Shown piece by piece: positions 1-14,382 of a DNA stretch of 64,000 bases. Location of the stretch: positions 422,473 to 486,472 of the forward strand of contig RHPI01003599.1 in the NCBI GenBank assembly GCA_009103225.1, read 5' to 3'. Under the pieces are notes generated by a model, which was not told the DNA's origin, made no database searches, and was given only the letters and a program-made list of their open reading frames with translations. How positions within the stretch are numbered: position 1 is the stretch's first letter; each line of letters opens with the position of its first letter. This stretch comes from Chlorokybus atmophyticus (lineage: Eukaryota > Plantae > Mesostigma and Chlorokybus algae). A program made the position numbers and the translations under genes.

Positions 1-336
1 TATATAGGGGGGGGCTTTGTTTGTAAGGGGGGGTTGTATTCGCACAAGTACGGTACACGCGTGCGCATGCCATGCATAATGCACATGCACACACACTCTC
101 ACACAAACGCGAATGCTCGTAATGCATGTGGTAAGCTTCAAGAGGCTCGCACGCGCGCATAAGCGCACTATGGCGCACTGTGACACAAATGCGCATTCAT
201 GCACGCGGTCCCTTGCGCGTCCCTGCTCGCGCCCCCCCCCCCCCCCTCNCTCGTATTTGCTATATGTAACGTCCTGTAGATTCGCTGCAAATTTGCAAGG
301 CTTGCATTTTCAATAGCATTCAATATAACTCGGCTC

Positions 337-361
337 AGCTAACATCCAATGGATGTTAGCT
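337..361. repeat. Perfect palindrome, 12-bp arms, 1-nt loop
   Basis: AGCTAACATCCA-A-TGGATGTTAGCT read directly. Confidence 0.9.
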
Positions 362-1199
362 AACTCAGATTATGTGTAAGTTGATTTTATTACACACATC
401 CCCAGACTCCTTCAATAACTGCATGCTGTGCCAAATGAAGGCGGCCGTCGTAATTGCATATGTAGTACTTGCAACAAACATGACAACGGATGTCACATCC
501 CACTCGGGGTGGAATATGCTAACGAAAGCATATACAATGAATTATAGCGTGCAAACAACATGCTATACTAAGGAGCCGCTCTCTACCATAGCATCCATTG
601 CCAATTCAGTCAATAAAGTATTCACATTGTATTGCACGTGAATATTTACATCAAAACTTATATAGTAACAATGTCAGCTTTAGAGACAGAACAATCATCG
701 ACTTGGCCAAATGTGCTATCATCACCAATCATCATGATGACGGTTGTCGTGAGAGTTGGTGTGATTGAAATGACGGATTCTCGAGCGAATTCATGCATGC
801 GCAATGATATGTATATGTAAAATATCATCAATCTTTGCACGCATTAAATACATACAAGTCGGAATCTGAGAATGATAACTTCGATGATAACATTAAGCAT
901 AAGAGGTTGCCATTGCGCATGGTTGTAATTTTGTATACATAATCGGCACAATAAATAAAATGTAGGCGTTGTGTGATGTGACGTTGAATTGGCTAAATGT
1001 AAGAGAGAGGTAAACTGTATTCATCCATGATCAGTGCTTGTGGTCATGCATTCACGATGATGATATATGATGAGACCAATCGCGGACAGCGTTCTCATTT
1101 GTTATTAATATCTTTTTATTACAGCAAACTTATAATTGTTGAAATGCAATTGCATGTAGTTAGCATCTGCATGTAATTGCTGGATGTGTGCAATATAAT

Positions 1200-3500
1200 T
1201 GCACTGTACATCAGGTTTGCGTAAACAATACAGCATGACTATGAGCCCCTTGTTGCTGGCCCCATGCCGTTGTCAATATTGACCTTGTCAGATTATGCAA
1301 CTATTGGTATACTACTCATGTCACACAAATCTCAATGCTTGCAAGATGTTTTGATTGCTAGCAAAAAATCTCAAATCAGTACATGGCAGCATACGTTCAT
1401 GCATGACTATGACTTGCGCATGATAGATGACCAGTGAAGGCCCTTGTGTCGTGCTGACCCTGCACACACATCTTCACCTAGTTTGCAATTGTCACAACGA
1501 TTCACATACCACCTCCTACTGCCCCTTCTTCTGCCACCCTTTACAGGCAACATGCAGAACTGGAAGTACAAACACATACCTTGATGTTGTGCATATGCGA
1601 TGCGGCATTGATTCATGGAGCCGGCGCGGGTGTTTGCGACATACACCATAATGCATCCGTCAATGCTGCTATGCACCTTCCCATTACCAGCCTTATGTTG
1701 TGCTGCAATTCTGTCATCCTGTAGACATTGTCGGACACAATCGACTCCACCTCAACCAAAGGCCACATGGTTCCGCAATACCGCAATAGACTTGCGACAG
1801 CTGCGTTGTCATTAAGCAAACCGGAGAAGTCACAGTTGTCGCACTGTGTCACACTTCATAAGATCCAGATCACCCAACAAACTTATTGCAAACAGTAAGC
1901 TTGCTTTCGGCAATAGCAATGAGGTCTTGCAACCAGCCGCGACAACCAGCGCAACTCTTGGGCACACAGCAATGACCAGTACGCACTAACGAATGACTTT
2001 ATTTGTGGCAACATGCTACAAGATGCTACAATGAAAATTGATTACAATGGGAATTGCTTGTAACATAACTCACCGACAGGCCGATCATGGACAGCTCAAG
2101 ATCTGACACTGTGTGAATACTGTGGCACAATTCCAGCCTCATGGACTCCAATGATTCGTCCCGCATTGTTGAGGAGGTGAGCACCATGACAAAATGTGCA
2201 AACAAGGCAGCAACTAACGACAAAGGTACACGAGTATGCTCACCTTTGTCTTTAAGCTGTGCTTGGTCCCCAGCAGCAACGCCTCCCTCTGTTGCAGCTC
2301 CTGGCGTCGCAGCAAAATGTTCTGTCGTTGCAGTGCTGCACCTTCTTGTCGCAGCTGCCTCTTCCCATTGCAGCGCTACCAGCTGCGACAAGATGTGATG
2401 ATGCTCTCCATCGGCATCATTCGCAGACACGCCCTGGAGCTGCCTAATGGAGCTTCGCCAAGTTAACACTGCTGCACTGCCTTCTCCACTGCCGCCATGG
2501 TGTCAACAAAGTACACCGCGCATGGCATCCTCACAAGCAACACCATCATGGTATGGCTTACTACCCCAGCAAATGACGAGTTGACAGGTAGTTGGAAGAC
2601 CATAGGTATGAGTATGCGCCCATGCAAGCAAACATTTCCATCAATGAATCACCTACGAAACTGGCCAGCAACCTGCTCAGGAACCCACGCTATGCTACTC
2701 TGTTTGAGCCACACCCACCCTTAAGTCGTGTGTAACCTCGGTCGAGCTCAATGCATACAAACTGTTGCACCGTCAAAGCCACCTGGGCGTGCAATGCAGA
2801 AACGGTCAACAAAGAGCACCCTACACGGTATACAAGGCAGAGAAGCACCCATCACTGATTGCCAACATGCATTTGCATACATGCACCGCATCCGCCTGTG
2901 CATGTATGCAAACACAAGTGTATCTTCCTGTGCACAGCCGCACAACTTGCCACAGGCATAGGGCATGAGAGAGGCCGGGGAGGCAGACAGATCAACATGA
3001 TGCAGTAGTACAAGAGCATGCATGTGGCTTGCATGCACACCCAGAGCAGCAGCTGGCTGAAGTTGAAGGCAGTGGCACTCACTGGCGACAGAGCTTACTA
3101 CACACTTTATAGGCATGCCATAAAGAGAGAACCACACCTCCTCCTTGTTTGCGCACTTGTGTTTGAAAGCGAAACGCTTGCCTTCCGAGCTGGTAAAGAA
3201 CCTTTAGATGTATAGAAACCCTGGCTCCATACAGGAGCAGACGCCTGCAAGCAATAGCAGCGAAGCGGGTGATCTCACCAGTCAAAAAGGGGCAAAGGAA
3301 GCAAACCCAACCCATCGCAAGACCTCATGACGAATGCCCGACGACCCCCTGCTGTTGCCGAGCACGCTACGTGCAAGAATGACATACCGTTGTTATGGAG
3401 CTGCAATAAGCCTTGCGTTTCACAAAAGTTCCCAAGTTGTGGTTGCGCCAATGTCCTTGTGCATGCCGGTGTAACAGAAGGAATCTATCGGTACTGCAAC
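1200..3500 (-). mobile_element. Highly degenerate, possibly KDZ (Kyakuja-like) transposase relic
   Basis: Fragments across frames, in the order expected for KDZ cores: GCIMVYV/GVCRKH..HES (about 1650-1590), GPSLVIYH (about 1450-1425, YD-like), YTN.SC, then GQQQ. Cys-rich fragments lie upstream (2750-3300). Many stops and frameshifts; motif recognition is from memory only. Confidence 0.3.
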
Positions 3501-4213
3501 CAGGGGCATGAAAGCGCGCATGCACGCGTGGTTCACGTCTCAATATGCGGAACAGTGTGCGTGTTGGGGTGGGGATGGGATGCATGGGGCGGTGCTGGGG
3601 TGGGTGCATGTGGGCACGGGTTGAGAATACTCTCTCTCTTTCTCTCTGGAGCCGGAACTGCACAGGCTGAGCTGTGCTCGCTGCGGTTGCTAGGCTAATC
3701 TGGTAGACTGGCACCAGTACCAGTAATTACAGCGACCATGACGACAAAGATTCGTTCGACCAACCAGCCGTCCATCGCCTCAACCATGTCTGTCATCCAC
3801 TGAGGAATTGCCTGGGCTGCCACAACGTCTCCTCGTCCGTCAACCCACTCGCACGCCACCCGCTGAGTCATCCATCTCAGTATACAACCCGCCAAGACGT
3901 GCAAGTTGCGGTGCAACCAACACCCTCCTCCTCCTCCTCGGTTGTTGTCTTTCTTCCAACCTTTCCCTAACCACCTTTTGCATGCACGGTAGCGGAGCTG
4001 GCGGCGGGGGAGGGAGAGGGGCAGGGGAAGAGGGAGGCTGTCGCGCACGCCGTTTGGGCTACATCCCCCAGGCGTAGATCAAGGCAGGCAGGATGGATGG
4101 GTGGGTGCTCACGTCGGGTGTGCATCAAGCAAAAGTCTATCGTCTTTACCACATGCCCGAGAGCAGTGCCAGTACCACAGAAGTTGATGTGTGTGTGTGT
4201 GTGGTGGTGGTGG

Positions 4214-4870
4214 NNNNNNNNNNNNNNNNNNNNNNNNNNNNNNNNNNNNNNNNNNNNNNNNNNNNNNNNNNNNNNNNNNNNNNNNNNNNNNNNNNNNNNN
4301 NNNNNNNNNNNNNNNNNNNNNNNNNNNNNNNNNNNNNNNNNNNNNNNNNNNNNNNNNNNNNNNNNNNNNNNNNNNNNNNNNNNNNNNNNNNNNNNNNNNN
4401 NNNNNNNNNNNNNNNNNNNNNNNNNNNNNNNNNNNNNNNNNNNNNNNNNNNNNNNNNNNNNNNNNNNNNNNNNNNNNNNNNNNNNNNNNNNNNNNNNNNN
4501 NNNNNNNNNNNNNNNNNNNNNNNNNNNNNNNNNNNNNNNNNNNNNNNNNNNNNNNNNNNNNNNNNNNNNNNNNNNNNNNNNNNNNNNNNNNNNNNNNNNN
4601 NNNNNNNNNNNNNNNNNNNNNNNNNNNNNNNNNNNNNNNNNNNNNNNNNNNNNNNNNNNNNNNNNNNNNNNNNNNNNNNNNNNNNNNNNNNNNNNNNNNN
4701 NNNNNNNNNNNNNNNNNNNNNNNNNNNNNNNNNNNNNNNNNNNNNNNNNNNNNNNNNNNNNNNNNNNNNNNNNNNNNNNNNNNNNNNNNNNNNNNNNNNN
4801 NNNNNNNNNNNNNNNNNNNNNNNNNNNNNNNNNNNNNNNNNNNNNNNNNNNNNNNNNNNNNNNNNNNNNN
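4214..4870. other. Assembly gap (N run) after a (GT)/(GGT) microsatellite
   Basis: Continuous Ns. Confidence 0.99.
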
Positions 4871-5035
4871 CATGTGTGCACCGTGCTGATGCACATAGTG
4901 TCTAGGCTGACACATAGCGTTCAAGCCATGATTTGATAAGTATCTCAAGCTCATGGTAGTTAGCTAACTGCAAGCTGTGGTTTACAAAACTTGTACAGGC
5001 TGCATATAGCATTCATGCCACGGGTAATCTTAAGC

Positions 5036-5093
5036 AGCACGCCACAGCTGGCAATAAGCTGATTGATCAGCTTATTGCCAGCTGTGGCGTGCT
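5036..5093. repeat. Perfect palindrome, 28-bp arms, 2-nt loop
   Basis: AGCACGCCACAGCTGGCAATAAGCTGAT-TG-ATCAGCTTATTGCCAGCTGTGGCGTGCT. Confidence 0.95.
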
Positions 5094-6959
5094 CCTTACT
5101 GCAGTGCTTCCGGTTGACCCGCATTGCATTGGTTGGTCACATCTGACTATTGCTATCTTTGCCAGCCGTAGTTTGACACACAGCATGCAGTTCTGGTTGT
5201 TTCCACAACATGAGTTCATTCTGCTTGAACTTCTTGTCTGCCAATGACTTGTCTGCTAGCATTGAATTCTGCGCATTGTCACATGTTGCGAGATGCAAGC
5301 TCGGTTGCCAACATCAACCTGACCTACATACCGCATGGTATGCCTGCTGTGCGGTTGAGTTGACAGGACCATGGGCCTGTTACTGGCTTCCTTCCCTTCC
5401 CTTGATACCTACCCAACATCGCTGCACGTGCACATGCGCGTGCAAGTTGGCACTAACCACTTGTGGCAAGAGTATTTTTGGTGACATGCATCTAAGCTCT
5501 AGAGCTCAGCATCTCATTGCATGCTGAAGACCGCTGCTGCCTGTTAGGCTTCACTGTTCATTGCATGGTGGTCAAGTGGTGCAACATGAGCAGAGTGTTG
5601 TCAAGTGCTGAGTGTACAACCTTACTACACTTGAGACTTGCTACACCAGCATTACCTGGTGTAGCAAGTGTATGTGTATTGCAAGCGTACATGCTTTGGC
5701 AAGCTTGGTTTCATAAGTATAGTGATTTGACTGTTGTCATGTTCCACAAGGAAGCATAGTCTGGTCGTAAAAATTGTCATGCATGTACAAGCCAACACTT
5801 GGCATCATGCCAATCCCTATTCTCCATGACTTGACAACCAGAGTGACCAACAGACAAGATTTTGCTGCGCAGCTTGGACGTGGAATTCCTTAGGCTGCAT
5901 CCGTTTATGATTTTGCATGGCGTCGCAGTGTGGGCGGTGGACCTCCTCGGCTGGGGCTTTAATGCCATGGATGCGACAACGGGAGTTAGGGACTGGGGCC
6001 CTGTGGCAAAGCACGAGCTGCTGTGTGAGGTGTGTACTTGTCGAGACCAATGCAGTTGTTGTTATTGTTGTTGTCGTCGTCGTCATCTGCATGTGCTCTC
6101 TTCGCATGCAACTGTCCTCAACAGTTGTGCCATGCATAAAGTACAAGTAGCCCACCAACTACTTGTACTTTGCTTTGCGAATGGACTTGCTTTCACGCGC
6201 TCTCAACATTGACATAACTTTGTGTGCTTGCGTGCGACAACCGTTTTAGAGATCAACCATTGGCAAGCCTGCGGTGCTAGCTGGGGCTAGTTTGGGAGAC
6301 GCTGCTGCCATTGAGTTCACCGTCAACCACCCATGTGGTAAGTCATGTCTCGCTTTGCTTATGAGGGTTGCCATGGTGGTCATCCTGTTTGGACTTCTGT
6401 CCGCAAGCCACGCAGGCAGGTCACAAACTGATGCTTATGGATGCCCAGGGCTTTAGTGATGGCGTTGGCAATAACAGAAAAGCCTGCCAAGCCCTGTGAC
6501 AACAGCAGGATTGTGCACAAGACACCAGCACTGATTGTTTACTGCTTGACAGATTGACATGCACTATCCAGTTTTGCGTGCAGATCGATGTGTTGCAAAG
6601 CTGGCCGTTGAGGCCTTGGCAAACAGGTTGGCTGATTATAATCAGATGTTGGCTACCACCGATGCCAATCAGGTACACTTTAGCAGTCCTTTCATCTACG
6701 CAGTTGCGCTGATGTGCTCATCTCGCGCCTGTAGGCTGGGAGGTTGCACACGCATCTGCCAGGATGGCGTGCCAACATTGAGTTCATGCGCAGCAGAGGC
6801 TACAGGGTCACATGCTCTTCAAACCATGGTATGCAGCAATCTCAAAAGTGTTTGCTCTCTGCAAGTTTGACATGCTGGTTAATCCTGTCAACTTAGCGTA
6901 ACAATGCAGCCTACCAGTTTCCGCTATGTGCATTGGGACATTGTGTGTGTGTTGCACGG

Positions 6960-7560
6960 TAGGTGACGCATGGTGGACTGGTACTGCTTGTGGCGTGAGA
7001 ACGATGGTATACTCAAGCCGGAATATGCTCCAATGAGTCTGCTCAGCAAACTGCAATGCTTTTGTCACTTCAGTCATGTTATGCGCTGCAGCATTTAAGC
7101 ACTGTCATGCAACTAAAATCTCAACACACCCATGATTAGGACGTGATGCAAATAGTGTAGTGCATGCTCATCTGAAGTCTTTGTCTGCGCAGCTGTTGGT
7201 GCACATTCTTCCAGTTTCAAGGTTGTGATATTGCGCAAATGCGGGCATGTCACTCCCTCACCTGACACAACCGGTGGTAGCCGTAAATGAGATACCCAGT
7301 TTTGCTCGACGGCAGTAAACATTTGCATGTGCTTGCAGTGCGAGTCATGCTGCTTTGCAGATGCAGGACATGTAACAAAAGTATTAGTAAGCATTCATTG
7401 GTTTTGTGGGCGAGACTCTTTGAGCTTGTCAGAAACTGCCGTAGTGACACCGCTTTGAGCCTATGCTAGATGCTACTAACCAAGTAAACTCGCTGTTGGC
7501 ACTCCAGTCGTCAACAAGATTCTGTGCTGGTCGCAGCAGCATTGCTTGCAGGTGAGTGTA
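6960..7560 (-). mobile_element. Degenerate KDZ (Kyakuja-type) transposase catalytic core, pseudogenised
   Basis: Minus strand gives TCKQ..HRILLTTGVPTA (from 7553), GV..YG.F..KES, YLIYGYHRL, then LH..NHGC and, 26 codons later in the same frame, QFAEQTHWSIFRL. Order and spacing match the KDZ pattern TCxK/LTxG/HG..YGF/ES/YDxAC/HxxNH..C/EQ. In-frame stops are present. Confidence 0.5.
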
Positions 7561-8167
7561 GCTCTGCGTGGTTCTGACCTGCACTCCACAACTGTCACTT
7601 GGGTGTGCACCTTGTCCGACACATGCATCTTGAAAACTTGAGAGATGTTTGACCAGGTAATTGCGCGAACTTCTGAGCATAGTTTAGGGCTGACTAGAAT
7701 GCAACAGTGTGTTGCTTGCCATCATGTTTCGCAACGACACACTAACTTATCTACCACATTGAAAATATAAGACAAAATAGAGGAGCCCACAATACAAGCA
7801 AACATGACACAATGCTATACAAGGGACAAGGAAACAAAAACCTACCAGACAACACATATGTAGCATACTGTCTTTGTAAACAAACCCTCACCACCTAAGC
7901 TCAACTCAGCTATGCTATGCTAGGCGCTGCACATGTGCGATGAGTTTATACGCAATTGCCAGACATGCCCGCCAAATAGGACAGCGGTAGACCAGTGGCA
8001 GGCTATATATATACCTGCAGGGGAAGCGCATCGCGGCACGACCAATCAACACAACCCCAAGCTCGGAACTTCCGTATTGATGACCTATAATGTAAAGGAG
8101 ATAAGCATCATGATATCCACAAAATGTTGAGGAGACATCAAATAACCAAGATGCCCAAGGTGCTCAC

Positions 8168-8461
8168 CTTTTCGAAGCTTGCCCCGCGCTGCTTCGCTTT
8201 TAATCGTAGCAGCTCTAATTCGAGCAGCACTACCTTCTCAGCTTGCAGTGCTGCCTCTGTTTCTCTCAAAGCGACCTCTGATTCTCTCAGCGTCTCTAGC
8301 TGCGATAACGTGAAACTTCTGTCAGGATGAAGGGCAGGCTCGCTCTCAAGCTGCCTCTTCAGCTTCTCAATTGTACTCATATATGCCTCCAGTTCCTTGT
8401 CCACCGCCTCCATGTTGGAGACAATGTCGGCGATGGCAGCCTGAATGGTAGAGGCCGCCAT
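8168..8461 (-). CDS. First exon of an unknown coiled-coil protein (98 codons, MAASTIQAAIADIV...RGASFEK)
   Basis: ATG at 8461, open frame with strong E/K/L/R heptad character, ends at an AAG|GTGAGC donor; downstream exons not identified. Confidence 0.55.
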
Positions 8462-8921
8462 CCAGCCTGCGCGTGTGAAGCAGCAGCAGCAATAAGCACT
8501 CGGAACGCCTGCATGCTCTGTACGATAACGCAAACTATAGTGCACAGCATCATCGCATGCAACCAGCATCGGGCTTTCTACCCCATGAAACGCTGGTAGG
8601 TGAAAGGTGAGTGGAAGGCGTGGGGATGAGCAAGCGCGCGCATATAAGCATAGACCTCTCATTGCCAATCAAAACCGAAAGAATTGGCCAGCAACTTGCT
8701 CAAAGACCATACTCCGCGTTCAGTCGCACATACCTTCCAGGCGTGTAAACACAGAAACCAAACAAAACTCCGACACTCCTCGCACGCCGGTCGGTGAGGC
8801 TGGCACGAGGAGAAGGGAGCGCTAAGCTTAGTTTGCTAGCATGTGGACTATTGGTTTTGCCGGAACTACTATTTCAGACGCCAATCGCCTCCACTCTGGC
8901 TAAGTGTGTCGCACTCGGTGA

Positions 8922-8990
8922 CTCGCACAGTATGAGTCATACTGTGCGAGGACAGCCGAGTGTCATACTGTATGACACTCGGCTGTCCTC
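8922..8990. repeat. Two overlapping perfect palindromes (14-1-14 at 8922-8950; 21-1-21 at 8948-8990)
   Basis: CTCGCACAGTATGA-G-TCATACTGTGCGAG and GAGGACAGCCGAGTGTCATAC-T-GTATGACACTCGGCTGTCCTC. Confidence 0.95.
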
Positions 8991-9258
8991 AGACACGGTT
9001 GGTTACGGCCGGCAGAAACGGCTGCCGGAAGAGTGCAGTGATCAGTGCCGGACTTTGTCGCAGAGCAACTTGCCTGCAGCCACTTTAAATGGCTGCGTGC
9101 GAACAATGCAGGCAAGATTGCGTTTTCATCTAAGACCGGCGGCGTTTTAGGCCGCCCGCAGCGAATAAGTTGGTCCTTTTAGGGTTCCTCGCCCACCACC
9201 GCCGCCGCCCCCTGCAGCCGCCGCGGCGTCGTCGCCGTCGCGGTTGCCGTCGTCAACC

Positions 9259-10435
<1,177 letters not shown>

Positions 10436-11231
10436 ATAGGACTAATTGGGATTGCAAATTCTACGTATCAATCATCACTCTTGCGAATGGCTGTCTGGAA
10501 TGCATGCTCGGTGCGGTTATATTGCGCATTCTTGCTTGTTTGTTCTGCGTGCGTCAACTGCAACTTAGTTGCAACAATTATTCAGTTTTTGCTGTCTGGT
10601 CTATGTGGGCTTGTTTCATATTGCTGCAATTAGTGCAACCATGCAAGGAGGGAGTTACCTGAGCTGTCAGTGGGTTCACTGGTGCAGTTGTCTATGTATT
10701 TCCAATATTCGTTATGCTGCGTCCAGCCCAAGTATGAGGTATCATTGCTTGGAATGTTTGCTCGAGTCAACAAAATCAGATCATTCTTAGTCCACCAGGT
10801 CATTCTTGTAGCAGCTATTGAGTGGAGACCACCTTATTTATCTGCGCTCTCTTGTTTCAGTTTAAGCATCGCATGTGTTGCTTAGCGCGGCAAGGCTACC
10901 TACCGGAACCCAGTGGCAGTTTGATACAAGATTGATAGTAACAGGCTTCAAGTGTTGTGGCAGCACTGCAGTGGCCAATTGTTGTCAGACGGACTTGCCC
11001 ATGACTGGAGGCTAACGGGTCTGCGATCATAGCGTAACATGTTTTTGCTGTCATGTACGAGCAGTGTACATGTGTGTTTGCAACCCATGAACATCATCGT
11101 GACCACAACACGGGTTGCCAACATTGCAAAATCAATGCCCGCATGCGCAGCTCTGGGTGCACCACAACTCTTACCCGCTGCTTGGCATATAAAAAGGCTG
11201 CTTCGCAGCAGGCCACACAGAGAAGCTATTA

Positions 11232-12602
11232 TCACCTGGTTGGCACAATGTCATCTATCTTTAAGATCATACGAACTGTTTCTGTTGCCAACGTGATTGC
11301 ACTCGTGGTGACAAGGAGAGGTTGCACCACGTTCTCTTCAAGAATGTTGGTGATGGCGCCCTTGCGCACGTTGATGCCAGTGTTCACCTCGCCCTTTGCG
11401 TGCAAGTTGCGCAGCTCTGTGACAATGGCGATGGGGTTGAGGCCCGCGTTCTCTGCGAGCGTGTACGGGATGACCTCCATGGCGTCTGCAAAAGCGCGCA
11501 CGCAATATGACTCCATGCCGGTCAGTGTCTTTGCCCACTGTCCGAGCTGCCTCGAAAGCTCAATCTCGGGCGCACCCCCTCCGGCAATCAGGAAACGCTT
11601 CTGTACAAGACATCTCACGACGCAGAGTGCTGCACAACAAAGATGACATACGATGTTGGTGAGTTGCTTGAAAAAAAACTGGCGAGCTTTACATCAGCGT
11701 GACACACGCGCGACCATGCACACAGAGACACACCACCTTGAGCAGCCAGCTTACCGTCGTGTAGACTGCGCTCTGCCTCGCTGAGCACAAGGTTGTTGCT
11801 GCCTCGGAGCAGCACTGTAGCTGTCCTTCCCATATCATGGATACCCGTGATCTTCACAACCTTACCCCGCCCCATGTCCACCTCCTCAACCATATCAGCA
11901 GTACCCAGCTTCTCTGGCTTGAAGTGGTCAATATTTGATATCGGCAAGCAGTGCAGTGTCTTGCTGATGAACTCAATCTCATCCCGCTCAATATCCTGCA
12001 GCACATGCATGTCATGTAGCAGCGAGTGCTGAGAGTTTCATTGCGCTCACTGCATGTGCAGCGTATAAGTGTTGATTACCTTCACAACCATAATCTTGGC
12101 CTTGGCCAAGTAGTGCAACGATAGGTCTGTCACAGCGTCGCGCAGAATGCTCTTTTGGATTAGCAAAACGTTGCAACCCGCAGCTTTGATTTTCTTCACG
12201 AGGTTCAATATATAGTTGCGCTCCTCCTTGAGTATCCTGTCCATCTGCATGAGGCATAGACATAAGCTATCACCGGGGAAAAGCAAGAAAGCATGCTGCA
12301 TAACCTGGCTTTGCATGCATGTTACCACGCAGTGCTAAGGGAGTGGTGACATCCACTATGCTAAATATATATNNNNNNNNNNNNNNNNNNNNNNNNNNNN
12401 NNNNNNNNNNNNNNNNNNNNNNNNNNNNNNNNNNNNNNNNNNNNNNNNNNNNNNNNNNNNNNNNNNNNNNNNNNNNNNNNNNNNNNNNNNNNNNNNNNNN
12501 NNNNNNNNNNNNNNNNNNNNNNNNNNNNNNNNNNNNNNNNNNNNNNNNNNNNNNNNNNNNNNNNNNNNNNNNNNNNNNNNNNNNNNNNNNNNNNNNNNNN
12601 NN

Positions 12603-12637
<35 letters not shown>

Positions 12638-14295
12638 CACCAACACACTCACGCATGCAGACAATCACTTGCACATATCCAACGACTATCAACCATCAGC
12701 AACTCTCACCGCAGCATAGTCTTGGACGATAACCGAGTTTTCTATGTCTGTTTTCGGAGGCGACAGCTGGAACTGTATCAACCCAATCCTTGCGTTGGCT
12801 ATTGAGGTGGGCCCGCCGGCGGACTTGGCCGACTTCTGATCAAACACCAGACCATCGACCAGCTCCGAGTCATCAACAGTGCCGCCCAGCTTTTGCACAA
12901 TGCGAATGTCGCGCAAGTCCACCGATCCCGGTCGGTCCGGGTCAATCACGCGAAGCACGCAGTCAACGGCCATGGGCGCCAGTAGAGAGGAGTACTGACT
13001 CACAACCTGCTCAACACAAGCGTTGCAATTATGTGCAACAGCACAACATAGCAACATCCATGCATTGCAATCAGAAGCAACACCAGCAACACGGTAACAT
13101 CCACATTCACATGCATAGCAACATGGCAACATGTTGCTTTGCTTGTGGTGCTGTTTTATCCGGAGCCAACAGATGCACTGCAACTTGAGCACAGAAACAA
13201 GACAAAGCGCCGAATCATGTGTGCACGTGCATGCAACAATGCAACGGAACCTGTTACTGGTCACAACAGCAGAAGCACACTGACCTTGCTTGCAAGTGAA
13301 GTGGTAGCGCTTTTCAAAAGCGACTCCCTGTCTGTGAGTTCAATCGGAATGGCCATCCCTTGGTACACCTTCAACCAACATAATCACAAAATGAGGGTTC
13401 CTTGCGTGGCACTGCAGCACACACAACACTACACACTGCTTGGGTTTGAGAGCGACCACCTTGCAAACACACCCGACATCAGCGCACCTCAACAGCCTTG
13501 TTGGCAGCCCTGAAGAGCGCCTCTGATATGATAGTGGGGTGGATGCCCTTCTCCAGGAGCTCCATGCACTTGGCCAGCAGCGCGCCCGCCAGGACAACCA
13601 CCGAAGTGGTGCCGTCCCCCGCCACAATGTCCTGCGACTTGGCCAACTCCACCAGCATCTTTGCTGCGGGTTGCGTGACCGACATCTGCGATGGAAACAC
13701 ACGCATTGTAGCAACAACGACTGCAACAAGCTACTTGATCCGATTGCAATGGTAATTCTGAGAACAAACATGCACATGTAATCCAATGCTTACATGCACA
13801 GTGCACAAGCAGCAATGCAGTAACTAAAGATTGCAAGTGGTTGCCAATGTGAAATTGCGTTTTCTGTTGACAAGCTCTTCAATATTTAACTTTGCTTGCT
13901 GGACATTTCTAAAGCACGAAAGAACGTGCCATAAGCATGCAGACCTTGATACATCCTCATGGGTGGCTGATGTAGCCTTGCATTGCATGCAGGTGTGAGT
14001 GAGGTGTACAATGCATGGGTGTGCACTTGTGAGGAAGCACGCGACGGATCTGTGAAGCGCTGACCTTATTGAGGATGGTGGCGCCATCATTGGTAATGAT
14101 GACCTCGCCGTCCGCCGCCTTGAGCATCTTGTCCATGCCCTTGGGGCCCAGGCTGGTCCGGACAGCGTCCGCAACGGCCTTGGCGGCCATCATGTTGGTG
14201 ACCCTGACGTCATCCTTGCGCTTGTTCTCGCTGTACGTCTCGCCCTTCCTGCCACCACTGCCCCCTCCCCCAGGAACCACCCCTGCATCCCCCAT
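11232..14295 (-). CDS. CCT4: T-complex protein 1 subunit delta (CCT4), multi-exon
   Basis: [95 protein letters not shown]; TGA at 11232. Confidence 0.97.
12365..12633. repeat. (AT)n microsatellite containing an N gap (12373-12602), in a CCT4 intron
   Basis: AT repeats on both sides of the N run. Confidence 0.95.
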
Positions 14296-14373
14296 TGCCA
14301 CAACGACACCCACACCCACACCGCCGCCGCCGCCGCCGGAAAGAAATGTAAGACAAAATTGCGAGAAACACTT

Positions 14374-14382
14374 TTAGGGTTT
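14374..14382 (-). promoter_or_regulatory. Telo-box (AAACCCTAA) upstream of the CCT4 start codon
   Basis: Exact AAACCCTAA on the minus strand about 80 nt upstream of the ATG. Confidence 0.55.

Noticed and set aside
3967-4954. Long ORFs in the track spanning 4.0-4.95 kb and 12.3-12.7 kb
   Set aside because: They are open only because they cross N gaps.
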